Below, piece by piece: positions 25,261 through 38,129 of a stretch of 64,000 nt of DNA (position 1 is the first letter of the stretch; every line of letters starts with the position of its first letter). The translations under genes and the position numbers were made by a program. The notes beneath the pieces were generated by a model. It was not told the origin of the DNA and did not search any database. It saw only the letters and a list, made by a program, of their open reading frames with translations. The stretch comes from Octopus sinensis (Eukaryota). The stretch lies in the NCBI RefSeq assembly GCF_006345805.1, contig NC_043013.1, positions 5,456,001 through 5,520,000 of the forward strand, read 5' to 3'.

Positions 25261-26181
25261 GATCGAAACTGAACTGCTAGATAACCGGTCAGGCTTCACG
25301 ACCGAACCAGAATAGTGTCACGTGATCGGTCTATTGAGGAACCAATCAGCGTCAAGCCATCGCATGATTCAGTCTTTTAGATTCTTCTATTTTGTGCTCT
25401 GTAAAAGACCACTTTTGGCGGCAATTAATTTCAGAATGTTGAGCAATTTGTCTGAATTCTTTTCGCACCAGACGGCAAGCATTTTTAATAGCCAGACGAC
25501 CGAGGAAGGTAGCTAACACAGATGGCGTAGATAGATGACAGGAAACTTTGTCGTCACGAATATAGCACAAATACTTCCAGTTATGTTAAGCAAGCCGCAT
25601 GCTTGCTGTATCAATAGCTTGCCATAAACTCCAAGCAGTCTCTCCTCTCTCTCCCAGCATGCCATTATTGATGTTGTTATGAGGCCAACACAGTCTTTAT
25701 GTACGATAATAAAATCTGTTAAATGTTCGCAGTTTCTTCAATTACTTCTACTCCCAGCTTAAGAAACATTTTCAGTCATCAACTCAATCACAGTCGCCAT
25801 TACAGACCAGACCAAACAATCTTCATCCCGCGACAGATGAAAGGCGAAGCTGACTGCCACAGGATTTGAACTTAGTACATAAAGATCTGGACGAAATACC
25901 GCAAAGTATTTTGTCTGGCGCTCAAACATAGAATTAAAATTCTCCAAAGGAAGCTTCTATGGCTGTGTCAAGAGAAATGGCGAAGTAAGATAATGGTTTT
26001 TTTTTTTTTCAAAAAATAAGTATTATCTTACAAATTGTATAAACACATTAGGCTGCACGTTTATAAGATTTATCTGTACAAACACATACGTATCGTACAT
26101 AGATGCATACGTATAAAAATACGCACATATACGTACATACATACATACATACATACATACATACATACATACATACATACA

Positions 26182-26217
<36 letters not shown>

Positions 26218-26511
26218 CAAGGAGACGTTGTTAAAAGTACATTTGTAGGCAGTATGCATAGACCCAGACAGAACGAGGGGAAGGGAGAAGGGAGGAGGAA
26301 ATAAAGAGAGGGGTGGGGGAGAAAGCAAGAGAGACGGGGAAGGAGGAGAAAGGAAGAGAGATATAGAAGCAGTGGAAGATTCCGTCTGTGTGTGAATGGG
26401 AGAATAGGGGGAGATATACATCATGGACATATATGGATAGATTCAGTCGCAAATGCATCACCACATATAGTGTATGGACATAGACACGTACACGTATACA
26501 TACAGTATACC

Positions 26512-26811
26512 CTTTTTACTTGTTTCAGTCATTTTACTGTGGCCATGCTAGAGCACCACCTTTAGTCGAGCAAATCGACCCCAGGACTTATTCTTTGTAA
26601 GCCTAGTAACCGCTAAGTTACGGGGACGTAAACACATCAATCAGACACACACACACACACATATATGCAATGGGCTTTTTTCAGTTTCCGTTTACCAAAT
26701 CCACTCACAAGGCTTTAGTCGGCCCGAGGCTATAGAAGAAGGCACTTGCCCAAGGTGCTACACTGCTAAACCCGGAACCATGTGGTTCTTACCACACAGC
26801 CACTCCTGCGC
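26512..26811 (-). mobile_element. SINE family A
   Basis: Head and tail on minus strand. Confidence 0.85.
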
Positions 26812-26899
26812 ATATGTATATGTGTGTGTGTGTGTGTATACTGAAGCTTGTTAATAACAAGCTTTTAAACACATAGCAAGTATTTCATAGTCGAAAACA

Positions 26900-27177
26900 T
26901 CATCATCAACATCATTGTTCGACCGTGGTCGAGACAATGGAATTTACCATGCTACGCCAGACTTCACGGTCCATCATGGCATTACGGAGGTCCTGTTGCT
27001 GGATGCCTGTATCCCTGGAGATTACATCAGGGTAGGAGAGTGTGCGCCCTCTGGTATTGCGTGTAGATGGCTTCCAGAGGAGAAGAGTAGAAATTACCTC
27101 TTTTTCAGCTCTACAACAATGTCCAGCAAACTGGACTCTCTTACCTTTCACAAGAGATGACATAGGTGGTAGTTTCC
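26900..27177 (-). mobile_element. 5'-truncated RTE-clade LINE
   Basis: QFAGHCCRAEKE..LLLWKP..YPDVISRDTG..AMMDREVWR; (GAT)n tail; 14-bp TSD CATAGTCGAAAACA. Confidence 0.9.
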
Positions 27178-27221
27178 CATAGTCGAAAACACTTACCTCC
27201 AAGAATATATATATATTAATA

Positions 27222-28765
27222 AATGCAAGGTGGATGTAGCAAGACCATTACGGATCCTCTTCTGGAGCTTCCTTGGTACTGAGAAACTCCCCAGAAAGAT
27301 AAAGGAAGGCATAATATGTCCTATCCATAACGGCTGCTAAAAATTACGGGCCTGTCTCGTTAATCTTACATCTCATCAAAGTCATGGAACGCATTGTCAG
27401 GAGGAAGCTGACCACGTTCCTAAATGATACTGACTCGTTCCTTGACACACGCATGGCTTCCGCTGAAGAAGAAGCTGCCTTACATAGCTTCTGTAGCATA
27501 ATGACTGGCTTTTGAAACAACTAATGAATCATTCAAATGCGGATGTGATAAATTTCGATTTTGCAAAGGCCTTTGATAAGGTTGATTATTGGATGATATA
27601 TCACAAGCTACGGAGACTCGACATAGTCGGGAAACTAGAAGAGTAGTTCCATGACTTCTCAAAAGACACAAGCCAGGCTGTGACAGCCAAACGGAGACTC
27701 CTTGAAGGAGATAGCTATAGCGAGTAGAGTGTGTCAGGGAACTGTCTTGGAGCCGCTGCTGTTTTTGGTAGCTCTTTCAGACATGCCACCAGTGACACAG
27801 AGAGCCAAACTTACTAGCTATACCAACAACACAAAAATAGTATAAGCGTTAAGGAACCTTTCGATAGAAAGATCGAGACGCCATATATAAATTGGCCGAG
27901 GAAAACAACATGCAATTTAATTCAGGAAAATTCTAAGTCCTTCGCTATCAGCGAGTTTGTGCTAACATGTCGCAGCAAAGATCCTTTGGGCTAAAAGGAG
28001 TGGCAACCCCAGAGTCAAGTACAGTGTGTGATTTGGGGATTGATATGAGCAACAACCCCTCGTTTCACGTGCATATCACTAAAACGGTGACAATGTGCGC
28101 ACAAGTAACCGGATGGATTCTGAGAACTTTCATAGTAAGAGACCAAGAAACTATGTTGGTTCTGTGGAGGACATTTATACTCAACTGTCTGGACTACTGC
28201 TCTCAACTGTGGTCGCCCTACACTGCTAAATTGATAGCGGAACTTGAGGCAGTTCGGTGGTGCTATATCAGGAAGCATCAGTGAAACAGCTGAGTTTCTG
28301 AGAGAGGCTGAAGGAGTTACGACTCTACTCTCTGGAGCGAAAACGAGAGAGATATTCAGTTATTCAGTGATATACATATGTAAGATATTAGAGGAGTTAG
28401 CGAAATACTTTGACATCAAGAGCTATACTAACCCCCGAACTGGACGTCACTGTACTATTCTAAAAGTCTCACCTCACCCATCTAGAGTGCGATTCAAAAG
28501 CCCACGGTTATTTAACATCTTGCTTAAACATCTAAGAGATCTTCATGGAGAAGAGGTAGATATTTTCAAGAAACAACTTGACCGCCTGTTGTTCTGGTCC
28601 CAGATGAACCTACATCACATCAAGAAACCCAAAAGAGGGCAGCAATACTGAACTCCCTCCTTCAGCAAAAGTCAATAACAAAACTATAGCCGTTGGAAAG
28701 GTGATAACAGTGGCGGTGCTCCAGTATGGCCACAGCCTTTGAGCTGAAACTTATAAAAGAATAAA
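27222..28765 (+). mobile_element. Decayed CR1-clade LINE (RT to 3' end)
   Basis: DFAKAFDKVD, LDYCSQLWSP, FKKQLD motifs; 3' end shares its tail with SINE A. Confidence 0.9.
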
Positions 28766-28766
28766 C

Positions 28767-28818
<52 letters not shown>

Positions 28819-28820
28819 AA

Positions 28821-28981
28821 CGCAAGTGTGGCTGTCTGGTAAGAAGCTTGCTTCCAATCACATGGTTTCTGGTTCAGTCCCACCGCGTGACAACTTGAGC
28901 ATCTGGCTTTTATTATAGACTCGGGCCGACCAAAGGCTTGTGAGTGGATGTGATAGATGGAAACTGAAAGAAGCTGCTCGT

Positions 28982-29059
<78 letters not shown>

Positions 29060-29672
29060 CATACATATGTGCGTGTATGTGTGTATTTGTGTATATGTAT
29101 GTGTGTGTGTGTCTTTGTTTCTGTGTTTGTCCCCCACTATTGCTTGACAACCGGTGTTGGTGTGTTTGTGTCCCCGTAAATTAGCAATTCCGTCAAAGAG
29201 ACTGTTGTGATGTAGGTGTTTTCCACAGTTGTAATGTGTGGCCACTGTTCTGACTGTAGCTGTCGTATCTACTCTAGTAGCCATGATATTTTCTTGGTAT
29301 TGGATACACTGTATCTCTACTATACCAGAATGGCAATACATCACTTCGTCTATCGTGCTATCGCTGATAGCTCTGCAAGACACCGACTCTGAACCGTCTA
29401 CCTTGACTGTCACTCGAACTCGACTATAACACGTAACTGACACTTAGCTCCAACTGAGAACTCGTATAACGGCTGTTACACAAGTCCCTGTACTGGTTCA
29501 CGCCGTCTTTATAGTGGCTGGACCATACCACTTGTCCTGTGGGAGGGATGTACTATTTCCACTGCAACAGAGACCCATAGAATAAGTAAAGTACTGGGGT
29601 AGATTTGTCTGATTAAAATTTTCAAGGCGGTGCCCCAGCACGGCCGCAATCTAATTCCAGAAACAAGTAAAA

Positions 29673-29680
<8 letters not shown>
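28821..29680 (+). mobile_element. SINE family A interrupted by a solo LTR
   Basis: Consensus resumes at GAGAC.ATAGAATAAGTA after the insert. Confidence 0.85.
29203..29569 (-). mobile_element. Solo LTR (367 bp)
   Basis: TGTTG...CAACA termini; exact 5-bp TSD GAGAC (29198-29202 and 29570-29574); orientation tentative. Confidence 0.85.
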
Positions 29681-29708
<28 letters not shown>

Positions 29709-29727
29709 ACACACACACACACACATA

Positions 29728-29903
29728 CAGGGTTGGCCAAAAGTCACCTGACAGTAAATCAAAACCCATTTTAATTCCAAGATTAAAACATGAGACTTTG
29801 CTAATAAATAGACAAATGTTGAAGAAAAAAGCAAACAAAAACGGCGAATATTAAGTATTTATGGAATTTTGGTTTACTGTCGAGTGACTTTTGGCCAACC
29901 CAG
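29728..29903. mobile_element. Tc1/mariner-type MITE
   Basis: TA|CAGGGTTGGCCAAAAGTCAC..GTGACTTTTGGCCAACCCAG|TA. Confidence 0.85.
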
Positions 29904-30244
29904 TATAATGAATGTGTGTTTGTATGTGTGTTTGTGTGTGTGTGTGTGTGTGTATGTGTACAATTATTTTCTCACATCGGCACAAGGCAACATGTTTTGA
30001 AGCCGATAATAGTCAATTCACTTGCTCCCCAGTACATGACTGATCCTTTTAAAGATCCCAGAAGAATTAAAGGTCAAGTTGACCTTGCAGAACGTTAAAG
30101 AGAATTAAAGATCGCCAAAAGGTTTGTTGTCTGTTATAATCGAATCTCTCAATTAACCATGTTTTTTTTTAGATGATTATGATAACGGTAATGATGATGA
30201 TGATGATGATATTGATAGTAATGTTACCTTTAATGCTCTGACAA

Positions 30245-30800
30245 ATGCAGCGAGCTGGCAGAAACGTTAGCACGCCGGGCGAAATGCTTAACCGTATTTC
30301 GTCTGCGTTACGTTGTGAGTTCAAATTCCGCCGAGGTCGACTTTACCTTTCATCCTTTCGGGGTCGATAAATTAAGTACTAGTTACGCACTGGGGTCGAT
30401 GTAATCGACTTAATCCGTATGTCTGTCCTTGTTTGTCCCCTCTGTGTTTAGCCCCTTGTGGGTAATAAAGAAATAAGTATCGTTAGCACATCGGAGAGAA
30501 TGTTTAGCGGTATTTTATCTGTTTTTACGTTCTGAGTTTAAATTCCACCGAGGTCGACTTAGCCTTTCATCTTTTCGGGGCCGATAAATGAAGTACCAAT
30601 TGCGTACTGGGATCGATCCAATCGACTGCCCCCTCCCCCAAAATTTCAGGCCTTGTGCCTAAAGTAGAAAAGAATCGTTAGCACGCCGGAGAGAATGCTT
30701 AGCGGTATTTCGTCCGTATTTAGGTTCTGAGAACAAATTTCGCCAAGGTCTTAATCCCTCTCCCGAAATTGCTGGCCTTGTGCCTAGAATTTGAAACTGA
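30245..30800 (+). mobile_element. Three consecutive SINE family B copies or fragments
   Basis: Repeated CGTTAGCAC..GAAATG/GAGAATG heads. Confidence 0.8.
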
Positions 30801-30894
30801 TATTAAAACTCTGACATGATGTTGGTTTCAGCATTTCTTCCTCCTTCTCTACACTCCAAGTTGATGAAGTACAAAGTACAAACTAGCTATTTTA

Positions 30895-31637
30895 CTGGGT
30901 CATCCCATAAATAATGTAGTTTTTTTATACTTCTTTAATTTTTCAAAATTAAGATAAACAACGTACTTTTTTAAAAATCTAAAATATACTCTCCTTCGTT
31001 TTCTACAATGCTCTTCCAACTGGTAGACTTGCAAGGCACCTTTTCCAAAATTCATTTGTCCGCGACGAAAAGTTCTCCTCCAGTACTGTTCTGACCTCGT
31101 CCACAGGATTCATATTTTTGTCCTCCAAATTATTTTGAAGACTGCGAAATAAATGATAATCAGATGGGGCAATGTCCGGCGAATATATTGGTTGGGGTAT
31201 CGTTTCACATTGAAACTGCTCCAGCCTTTGGAATGTCATCCTCGCTGTATGTGGCCGAGGATTATCCTGATGGAAGAATACCTTTCGTCTTGAAACCAAA
31301 GATGGTCGTTTTTCTTCTAGCGTTAACTCGAATGGCTGGTTGAATGACCAAATCCAAACTTCTCTGCTAGTTCCTCAACAGTTATGATGGGATTTTGTTC
31401 GACAGTTACGATGGGATTACGTCCTCATCGAACTCTACAGATCTTCCAGGACGAGGCTCGTCTCCTCGACCCTAGTTTCCGGCTCAGAATTTCTGGAATC
31501 AGCATCGATCCTGGTTTACACTTAAAGTCCGATATCCATATACTGCATTAATATTCCTCCACTTTCCGTTGCGTTGTTGCCTTTATCGAACGCATAAAGT
31601 AAAATATGCCGAATATGCTCCTTTGTCACTTCCATTA
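30895..31637 (-). mobile_element. Decayed mariner transposon
   Basis: MEVTKEHIRHILLY start (31635); HQDNPRPH and YSPDIAPSDYHLF motifs; TA|CTGGGTCATCCCATA TIR. Confidence 0.9.
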
Positions 31638-31640
31638 TAT

Positions 31641-32155
31641 CAGGTCATCCCATAGGTTCTGTCTGAATTTTGAATAAAGAAAAGATGTGATCAAATTTTA
31701 TATTTAATTGAAATTTAATCATTAATGTACTTTTCCTGATTATCTATGACTTCCTTCCATCTATTTACAAGCTTTTTAATCCCATCAATGTAAAACTCTT
31801 TTGGTTTCAAAACGAAGAACTCTGAAATGTCAGTTTCGACCTCCTCCCGGCTTGCGAAAGTTGTGCCGCAAATGATTCCGTAAACTACGAAACAAATGGT
31901 AGTCTTAAGGAGCAAGGTCAGGAGAATAAGGTGGATGAGGAATTTTTCTCCAACCAAGCTCTTCGATCTTCTGTGATATTGATCTTTGCAGTGTGGGGTC
32001 GCGCATTGCCCTGATGAAACATCACTCTTTTTCGATTCACTAAAGGATCTTTTTTTCTTCAAAGCTTGGTTCAAACGTTCTAATTGCTGACAGTAGATTT
32101 GAGCATTGATTGTTGCATTAGGTGGTAACAATTCAAAGTGAATTACTCCTTTGCA
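31641..32155 (-). mobile_element. Second mariner fragment abutting the first
   Basis: LLPPNATINAQIYCQQLERL..FYIDGIKKLVNRWKEVIDNQEKY; TIR CAGGTCATCCCATA. Confidence 0.85.
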
Positions 32156-32285
32156 ATGTCTGTGGAGTGCTCAGCCACGTGCACGTTAATTTCACGGGCA
32201 TGCTCTTCCGTCGATCAGATCAACTGGAACCCTCGTCGTCGAAACTGATGGGCTGCCAGTTTTATTTAAAAGAAAAAAAAATTGT

Positions 32286-32452
32286 GGCATAGGTGCAGAT
32301 GTGGTTGCGTGGTAAGTAGCTTGCTTACCAATCACATGGTTCCGGGTTCAGTCCCACTACGTGGCACCCTGGGCAAGTGTCTTCTACTATAGCCTCGGGC
32401 AGAACAAAGCCTTGTGAGTGGATTTGGTAAACGGAAACTGAAAGAAGTCCGT

Positions 32453-32497
<45 letters not shown>

Positions 32498-32770
32498 ATA
32501 TATATATAATATATTACTATATATATATATATGTATGTATATGTGTGTGTGTATGTGTGTGTGTTGTATATGCTTGTCCCCCAACATCGCTTCACAACCG
32601 ATGCTGGTGTGTTTACGTCCCCGTAACTTAGCGGTTCGGCAAAAGAGACCGATAGAATAGGTACCAGGCTTACAAAGAATAAGTCCTGGGGTCGATTTGC
32701 TCGACTAAAGGTGGTGCTCCAGCATGGCCGCAGTCAAATGATTGAAACAAATAAAAGAGTAAAAGAGTAA
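32286..32770 (+). mobile_element. SINE family A, full length
   Basis: Head, central (TA)n and tail. Confidence 0.9.
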
Positions 32771-33329
32771 TAAGTTCAAATGTGAATTCGTGTTCTACTT
32801 GATAGAGGGTCAGTCGGGAGGATGGGTCAATTCTCATATGAAATATGAATAACTATAATGTGGACTGAAGCAGAAATGATATGATAATGCCCAGTAAGAC
32901 ATAATTTAAAATTACTGTTGAGAACAATCTAACAGAAGTCAGCAGGTAGTAAGTAGTTAAGAAATCTTACTCTTTCGTTACCTTAAAGGAAAAGCTATTT
33001 TATTTTATGTTGAATGCAATTCTAATCACCCACCAAATAATTTACACAATTTAGTCTCCAATGTTAGCATACATCAAAATGTTCAACTGTAGATGCTTTT
33101 ATGAAAATTGTTCTGGTGATCAAAAGATAGATGGATAGATCTGATTGATCACGCTTGACGTGAAACTAAAGAACAGCAACAAATAAAAATGCTTATAACC
33201 TAAGAGAAATCAACGTTATAACCTAAGGGGAATCAGAGTTACTGATTCTGAAACCTTCGTTGGTCATTTACATTTTTAGTCTCACTATAAACCCATGTTA
33301 CAATGTGAATATTATCTTGAAGATAGCGC

Positions 33330-33641
33330 GTTAGCGCTGATACATACATGCATAAATGTGTACACACACATGTATGTAAGTATGTATACATAAACACATC
33401 AATATACATACATATATATGTATATATAGGGAGAATATATATATATATATATATATAATATATATATTATATATATATAAACGATCTCCTTTACAAGCTG
33501 TTTGTATGTGTATATGTATATGTATCTGCATATATACGTGTATGTATATACATACATATCTATCTATCTATCTATCTATATATATAATATATATATATAT
33601 ATTATATATATATATATGTATGTATGTATATAGATGTGTTC

Positions 33642-33704
<63 letters not shown>

Positions 33705-33749
33705 GTGTTGCACATACGTGTGCGTATATATGTATATATATATATTATA

Positions 33750-33800
<51 letters not shown>

Positions 33801-33830
33801 TACACATATCTTATATTAATAGCTGTCTGC

Positions 33831-33884
<54 letters not shown>

Positions 33885-34245
33885 GTCTGTCTATCTCTCT
33901 CTATCTATCTAACTATCTATCTATATACATACATGCGCACGCGCGCACACATACACATATATAACAATTTTGTCAGTTCAGTGTCTGTGTATATATATAT
34001 ATATATATACACTGCATACACACACACATACAAACCATATCCGTCTATGTATGAGTGCATATGTACATATTTACAAACGCGTATGCACAGTACCCTCACA
34101 TACACACGCTTACATACATACACGCACACATACATACATACATACAAACATACATACATACATCATACATGCATACATAATTTCTGTTTATCTCTCTTTC
34201 CCTCGGCCTGGTCTCTGTCTATCTGTCTATCTTTCTCCATATATA

Positions 34246-34340
<95 letters not shown>
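33330..34340. repeat. About 1-kb compound microsatellite block (TA, GA, TCTA, CATA, TG)
   Basis: Direct reading. Confidence 0.95.
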
Positions 34341-34343
<3 letters not shown>

Positions 34344-34506
34344 AAATACCAACAGGATAGCCAGTCCGTTGGCATTGCCATTGTTAATCTTTATATCCTA
34401 CAATAAATGCGAACACCTTCTCCAAACCTTATTAGAAAAGACTCCTTAAACGAAAACAAACTCGTGTTGATCACTTAGTCACGCCTGGCTCTATCGTTCG
34501 CGCTGC

Positions 34507-34516
34507 GTGACGTCAC
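34507..34516. promoter_or_regulatory. CRE/ATF palindrome GTGACGTCAC in a CpG-rich region upstream of PDK
   Basis: Full TGACGTCA at 34508-34515, about 180 bp before the ATG; function inferred. Confidence 0.55.
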
Positions 34517-34694
34517 ACTGGTGCTCCATGGCTTCTCCGTTAGCCACATGCTTATTTATCTCAAGTCCGCGACACAATAACCATTTTTGTCTTTATATCC
34601 AGCAAATTTGACAAAGGTGTAGATAACATTACATCTCTGCCTTCGCCCCCATATTTCTGCGTCTTTTAAAGAATGTGTAAAACACACTTTGAAA

Positions 34695-34797
34695 ATGAGG
34701 TTTTCAAGACGTATTTTGCAACAATTCCGACAATACTTGGATCATTATTCCCAGTTCAACCCGTCCCCTCTTTCCATGAAACAGTTCATTGACTTTG
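34695..34797 (+). CDS. PDK: Pyruvate dehydrogenase (acetyl-transferring) kinase, mitochondrial; first coding exon
   Basis: MRFSRRILQQFRQYLDHYSQFNPSPLSMKQFIDF-G|gtaagt; matches the PDK motif F(S/N)PSPLSMKQF(L/I)DFG, with an Arg-rich presequence and a phase-1 donor. Confidence 0.9.
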
Positions 34798-35397
34798 GTA
34801 AGTACACCTAAACTCACTGCTTCACACGTACATATATAATTTATATATTTATCTTGATATGCAAATACACATAAGCATTCCCAGTATGCCTACACGTACG
34901 TATGCAAAAGCTTCGCCCATAATTACAGCTTACTTAAACCGCTCACACGTACGCACAACTGCCCAGCCAGTCACCACCCCGTATACATTATATTCTATAT
35001 ATATATACATTATATTCTATATATATATAATTACACGTACACATACATACATGTCGTTTATATGCCTCTATAGCAAAATAAGGCGAGCCTCTAAGTATAC
35101 ACAAGCCGCTCCGTTTTACACGCAACATACATACACATGCACATATTAAATCTAGCCACCCACACAGATACCCGATATCCATGTATGACGGTAACAGCCA
35201 TACATACGCTCTCATATCTGTCGTACGCATATATACACGCACGGATTTAGTCATAGATGGGCATTGTGTACACACACACAGTCCTCAACTATAAACACAC
35301 ACACACACACAAACAACACTCACACACACAAACACACACACACACACGCACACATACACGCACACACACAAACACACACACACATACACACATACAT

Positions 35398-35434
<37 letters not shown>

Positions 35435-36156
35435 CATTTCCAGCTACGTTCACATGTACACACACGCACTGATAATGTCTAAAGCGCTGCATACATTTAC
35501 ACGTTCGTGTGTTGCTACACTCAACCATGGATGTGTATACGCATATATTTATACCTGTATGGTTTCCATATTTATTTATGTACATAAACATTTTGTTTTT
35601 CCTCGTATTTCGAACGAATGAAAACAGCCGCTTACTTTCGTTTTCATATATATAAGAAATTATATCTCTCTATATAATATATTATAAAACTTATTGTGCT
35701 TTTTCGGATTTATGTCTTACCAATGATGTATGTAGTGTGTACGTGCGAGTATGTTATGTGTTTGTATGTATATGTGTGTGTAAATTGATGTATACATGTG
35801 TGTATGTGTATAGATATTCATGTACTATGAAATATATACATATTGGATATTTTATCCGCTTTATACATACGCGTACGTACGTGTGTTTGTTTGTGTGTGT
35901 GTGTATCTTTGACTAAAATGAAATTCGAATGCGATTCCGCTGTAAAAATATGGTTGCCAACAAAATTATTCCATCCCCAAAAATGCAAATTTATTTATTT
36001 GGCTGATTGGAAAGAAAGCCATTTAGCATTTCATGATCAGCACTGACTTCATTCGCAGAACGATTCTTTGATCTGCACCAACTTTTACCGTTTATTTGTT
36101 TTTTCTCTTCTGTATTATCCGTCTATTAATATAATCATCTATCTACTTTTCTGTCG

Positions 36157-36240
<84 letters not shown>

Positions 36241-36289
36241 ACCTATTTGTCTATCACATTGAGCGCGTTTTTTCAACTCTAGAATACTT

Positions 36290-36600
36290 ATGTGTCTGTC
36301 AGTCTTTCTGTCAATCTATCTGTCTATCTTTCTGTCTGTCTGTCCATCTACCTATCTGTCTTTCGGTCTGTCCGTCTATCTTTCTGTCGATCTATCTGTC
36401 TGTCTATCTTTCTGTCTATCTTTCTGTCCGTCTATCTATCTGTCTATCTTTCTGTCTATCTATCTGTCTATCTATCTTTCTGTCGATCTATCTGTCTGTC
36501 GATCTATCTGTCTGTCGATCTATCTGTCTGTCTATCTATCTGTCGATCTATCTGTCTGTCTATCTGTCTGTCTATCTTTCTGTCTAACCATCCGTCCGTC
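36290..36600. repeat. Compound (TCTA/TCTG)n tetranucleotide array
   Basis: Direct reading. Confidence 0.95.
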
Positions 36601-36771
36601 CGTCCCTACGCACGCACATAGGTACGTACGAACGCACGTATGGACGTATCATGGACAGAGGAGACGCTTGTTAACTTGTTTAATATCGTTTGTAAAGTGT
36701 TTTTGCACCCTATAGCAATCATGACCGTATTGAGGTAGAAGAGGAGACGAATAAGCGCCTCAGGCATCAAC

Positions 36772-36800
<29 letters not shown>

Positions 36801-36802
<2 letters not shown>

Positions 36803-37194
36803 GAGGTTAGAGAGGCGGGTGCTGTCTGATAGCAAGTTTTCTGAAAGGTGGGTGAATTGTGCAAGAATGGCCAGTATAAATGGACCAATTCTGAGGTTTC
36901 GCCTGTAAATTGAAAAAGGTATTATAAAAGGAGAAAGGGGCTCTCTACCCCCACTTTTGACCAGGCTCCCGTGGCTTTTATGGGTTTTTCCACGTGAAAC
37001 CTTTTCTTTTTTCGAAGCCTCTCTTCTATTGGGAGTTTTGTAAATTGTTAAATTCTTTCGTTGTTGTAAAGCTTGTTTACACGGACTTTTTTTCTTTCGA
37101 AAAACGGACAAAACCTTTTGTAACCTTTCGTCCTGTTTTGTCCCTTTTATGTTTTCTAATCATGTTTGTCAGCCCTTTGTGGCCAATAAAAAGA

Positions 37195-37197
<3 letters not shown>
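36801..37197 (+). mobile_element. 3' end of an L1/Tx1-like retrotransposon in a (TAT)n tract
   Basis: RLERRVLSDSKFSERWVNCARMASINGPILRFRL*, T-rich UTR, AATAAA, (TAT)n on both sides. Confidence 0.5.
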
Positions 37198-37243
<46 letters not shown>

Positions 37244-37564
37244 GTTATTATAATTATATATATATATATATTAGGTACTTTATATATTATATATATATAT
37301 ATTATATTTTATATATATTATATATATATATTTTTTTATATATTATATAATATATTACATATATATTATATAATATATACATATATATTATATAATATAT
37401 ACATATATATTATATAATACATACATATATATTATATAATACATACATATATATTATATAATATATACATATATATACATTATATGATTGATTGATTCTA
37501 GTTTCAGCTCATGAGCTGTGGCCATGCTGGGGCACCGCCATTTATATATATATTTTATTTATAG

Positions 37565-37605
<41 letters not shown>

Positions 37606-38129
37606 GTATGTGTATTTATATACTTCCATATATTATGTACAACAGTAACACCTGTAACAAAAACGGACAGTGATCTCTTTGGTGAAATCAAGTCGTTAAC
37701 CTTTGCTTTCTTTGTGTGTAAACTTTCACTTGAAATTCCTCTTGATTCAATTTATGTTTACATGATTACTTACAGCACACACACACACACACACACACAT
37801 TCAGGGAGCAGGAGAGAAAAAGAGAGAGATGCACAATGCCCGTGTTATTTGTTATTTGTGTTGTTTGTTTGTCAACCAATAGATATATCTGTTTATCACG
37901 CAATTGAATAGCTCGAATGAATGAATGAATAAATATTATTATTATTATCATATATGCCCATCCTTATGTTTGTGTGTCGAAGATGAGATGTGTCCGTGCG
38001 TGTGTTTGAGGAGGGGGCGGCATTCAATTACAGCCGCCCGCTCTTTGTTAACGCGCTTGCGGTGGCCTCATTTGAACTCGTACCGCCCGTTTGCACACGT
38101 CGTCAAATACCGAATTTTCGTATACCTAC

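Noticed and set aside
33624-34449. Long ORFs of 260 and 159 aa, and similar YI/HT/CV-rich ORFs at 12.5-13.2, 28.6-29.4, 35.3 and 62.1 kb
   Set aside because: Stop-free translations of microsatellites.
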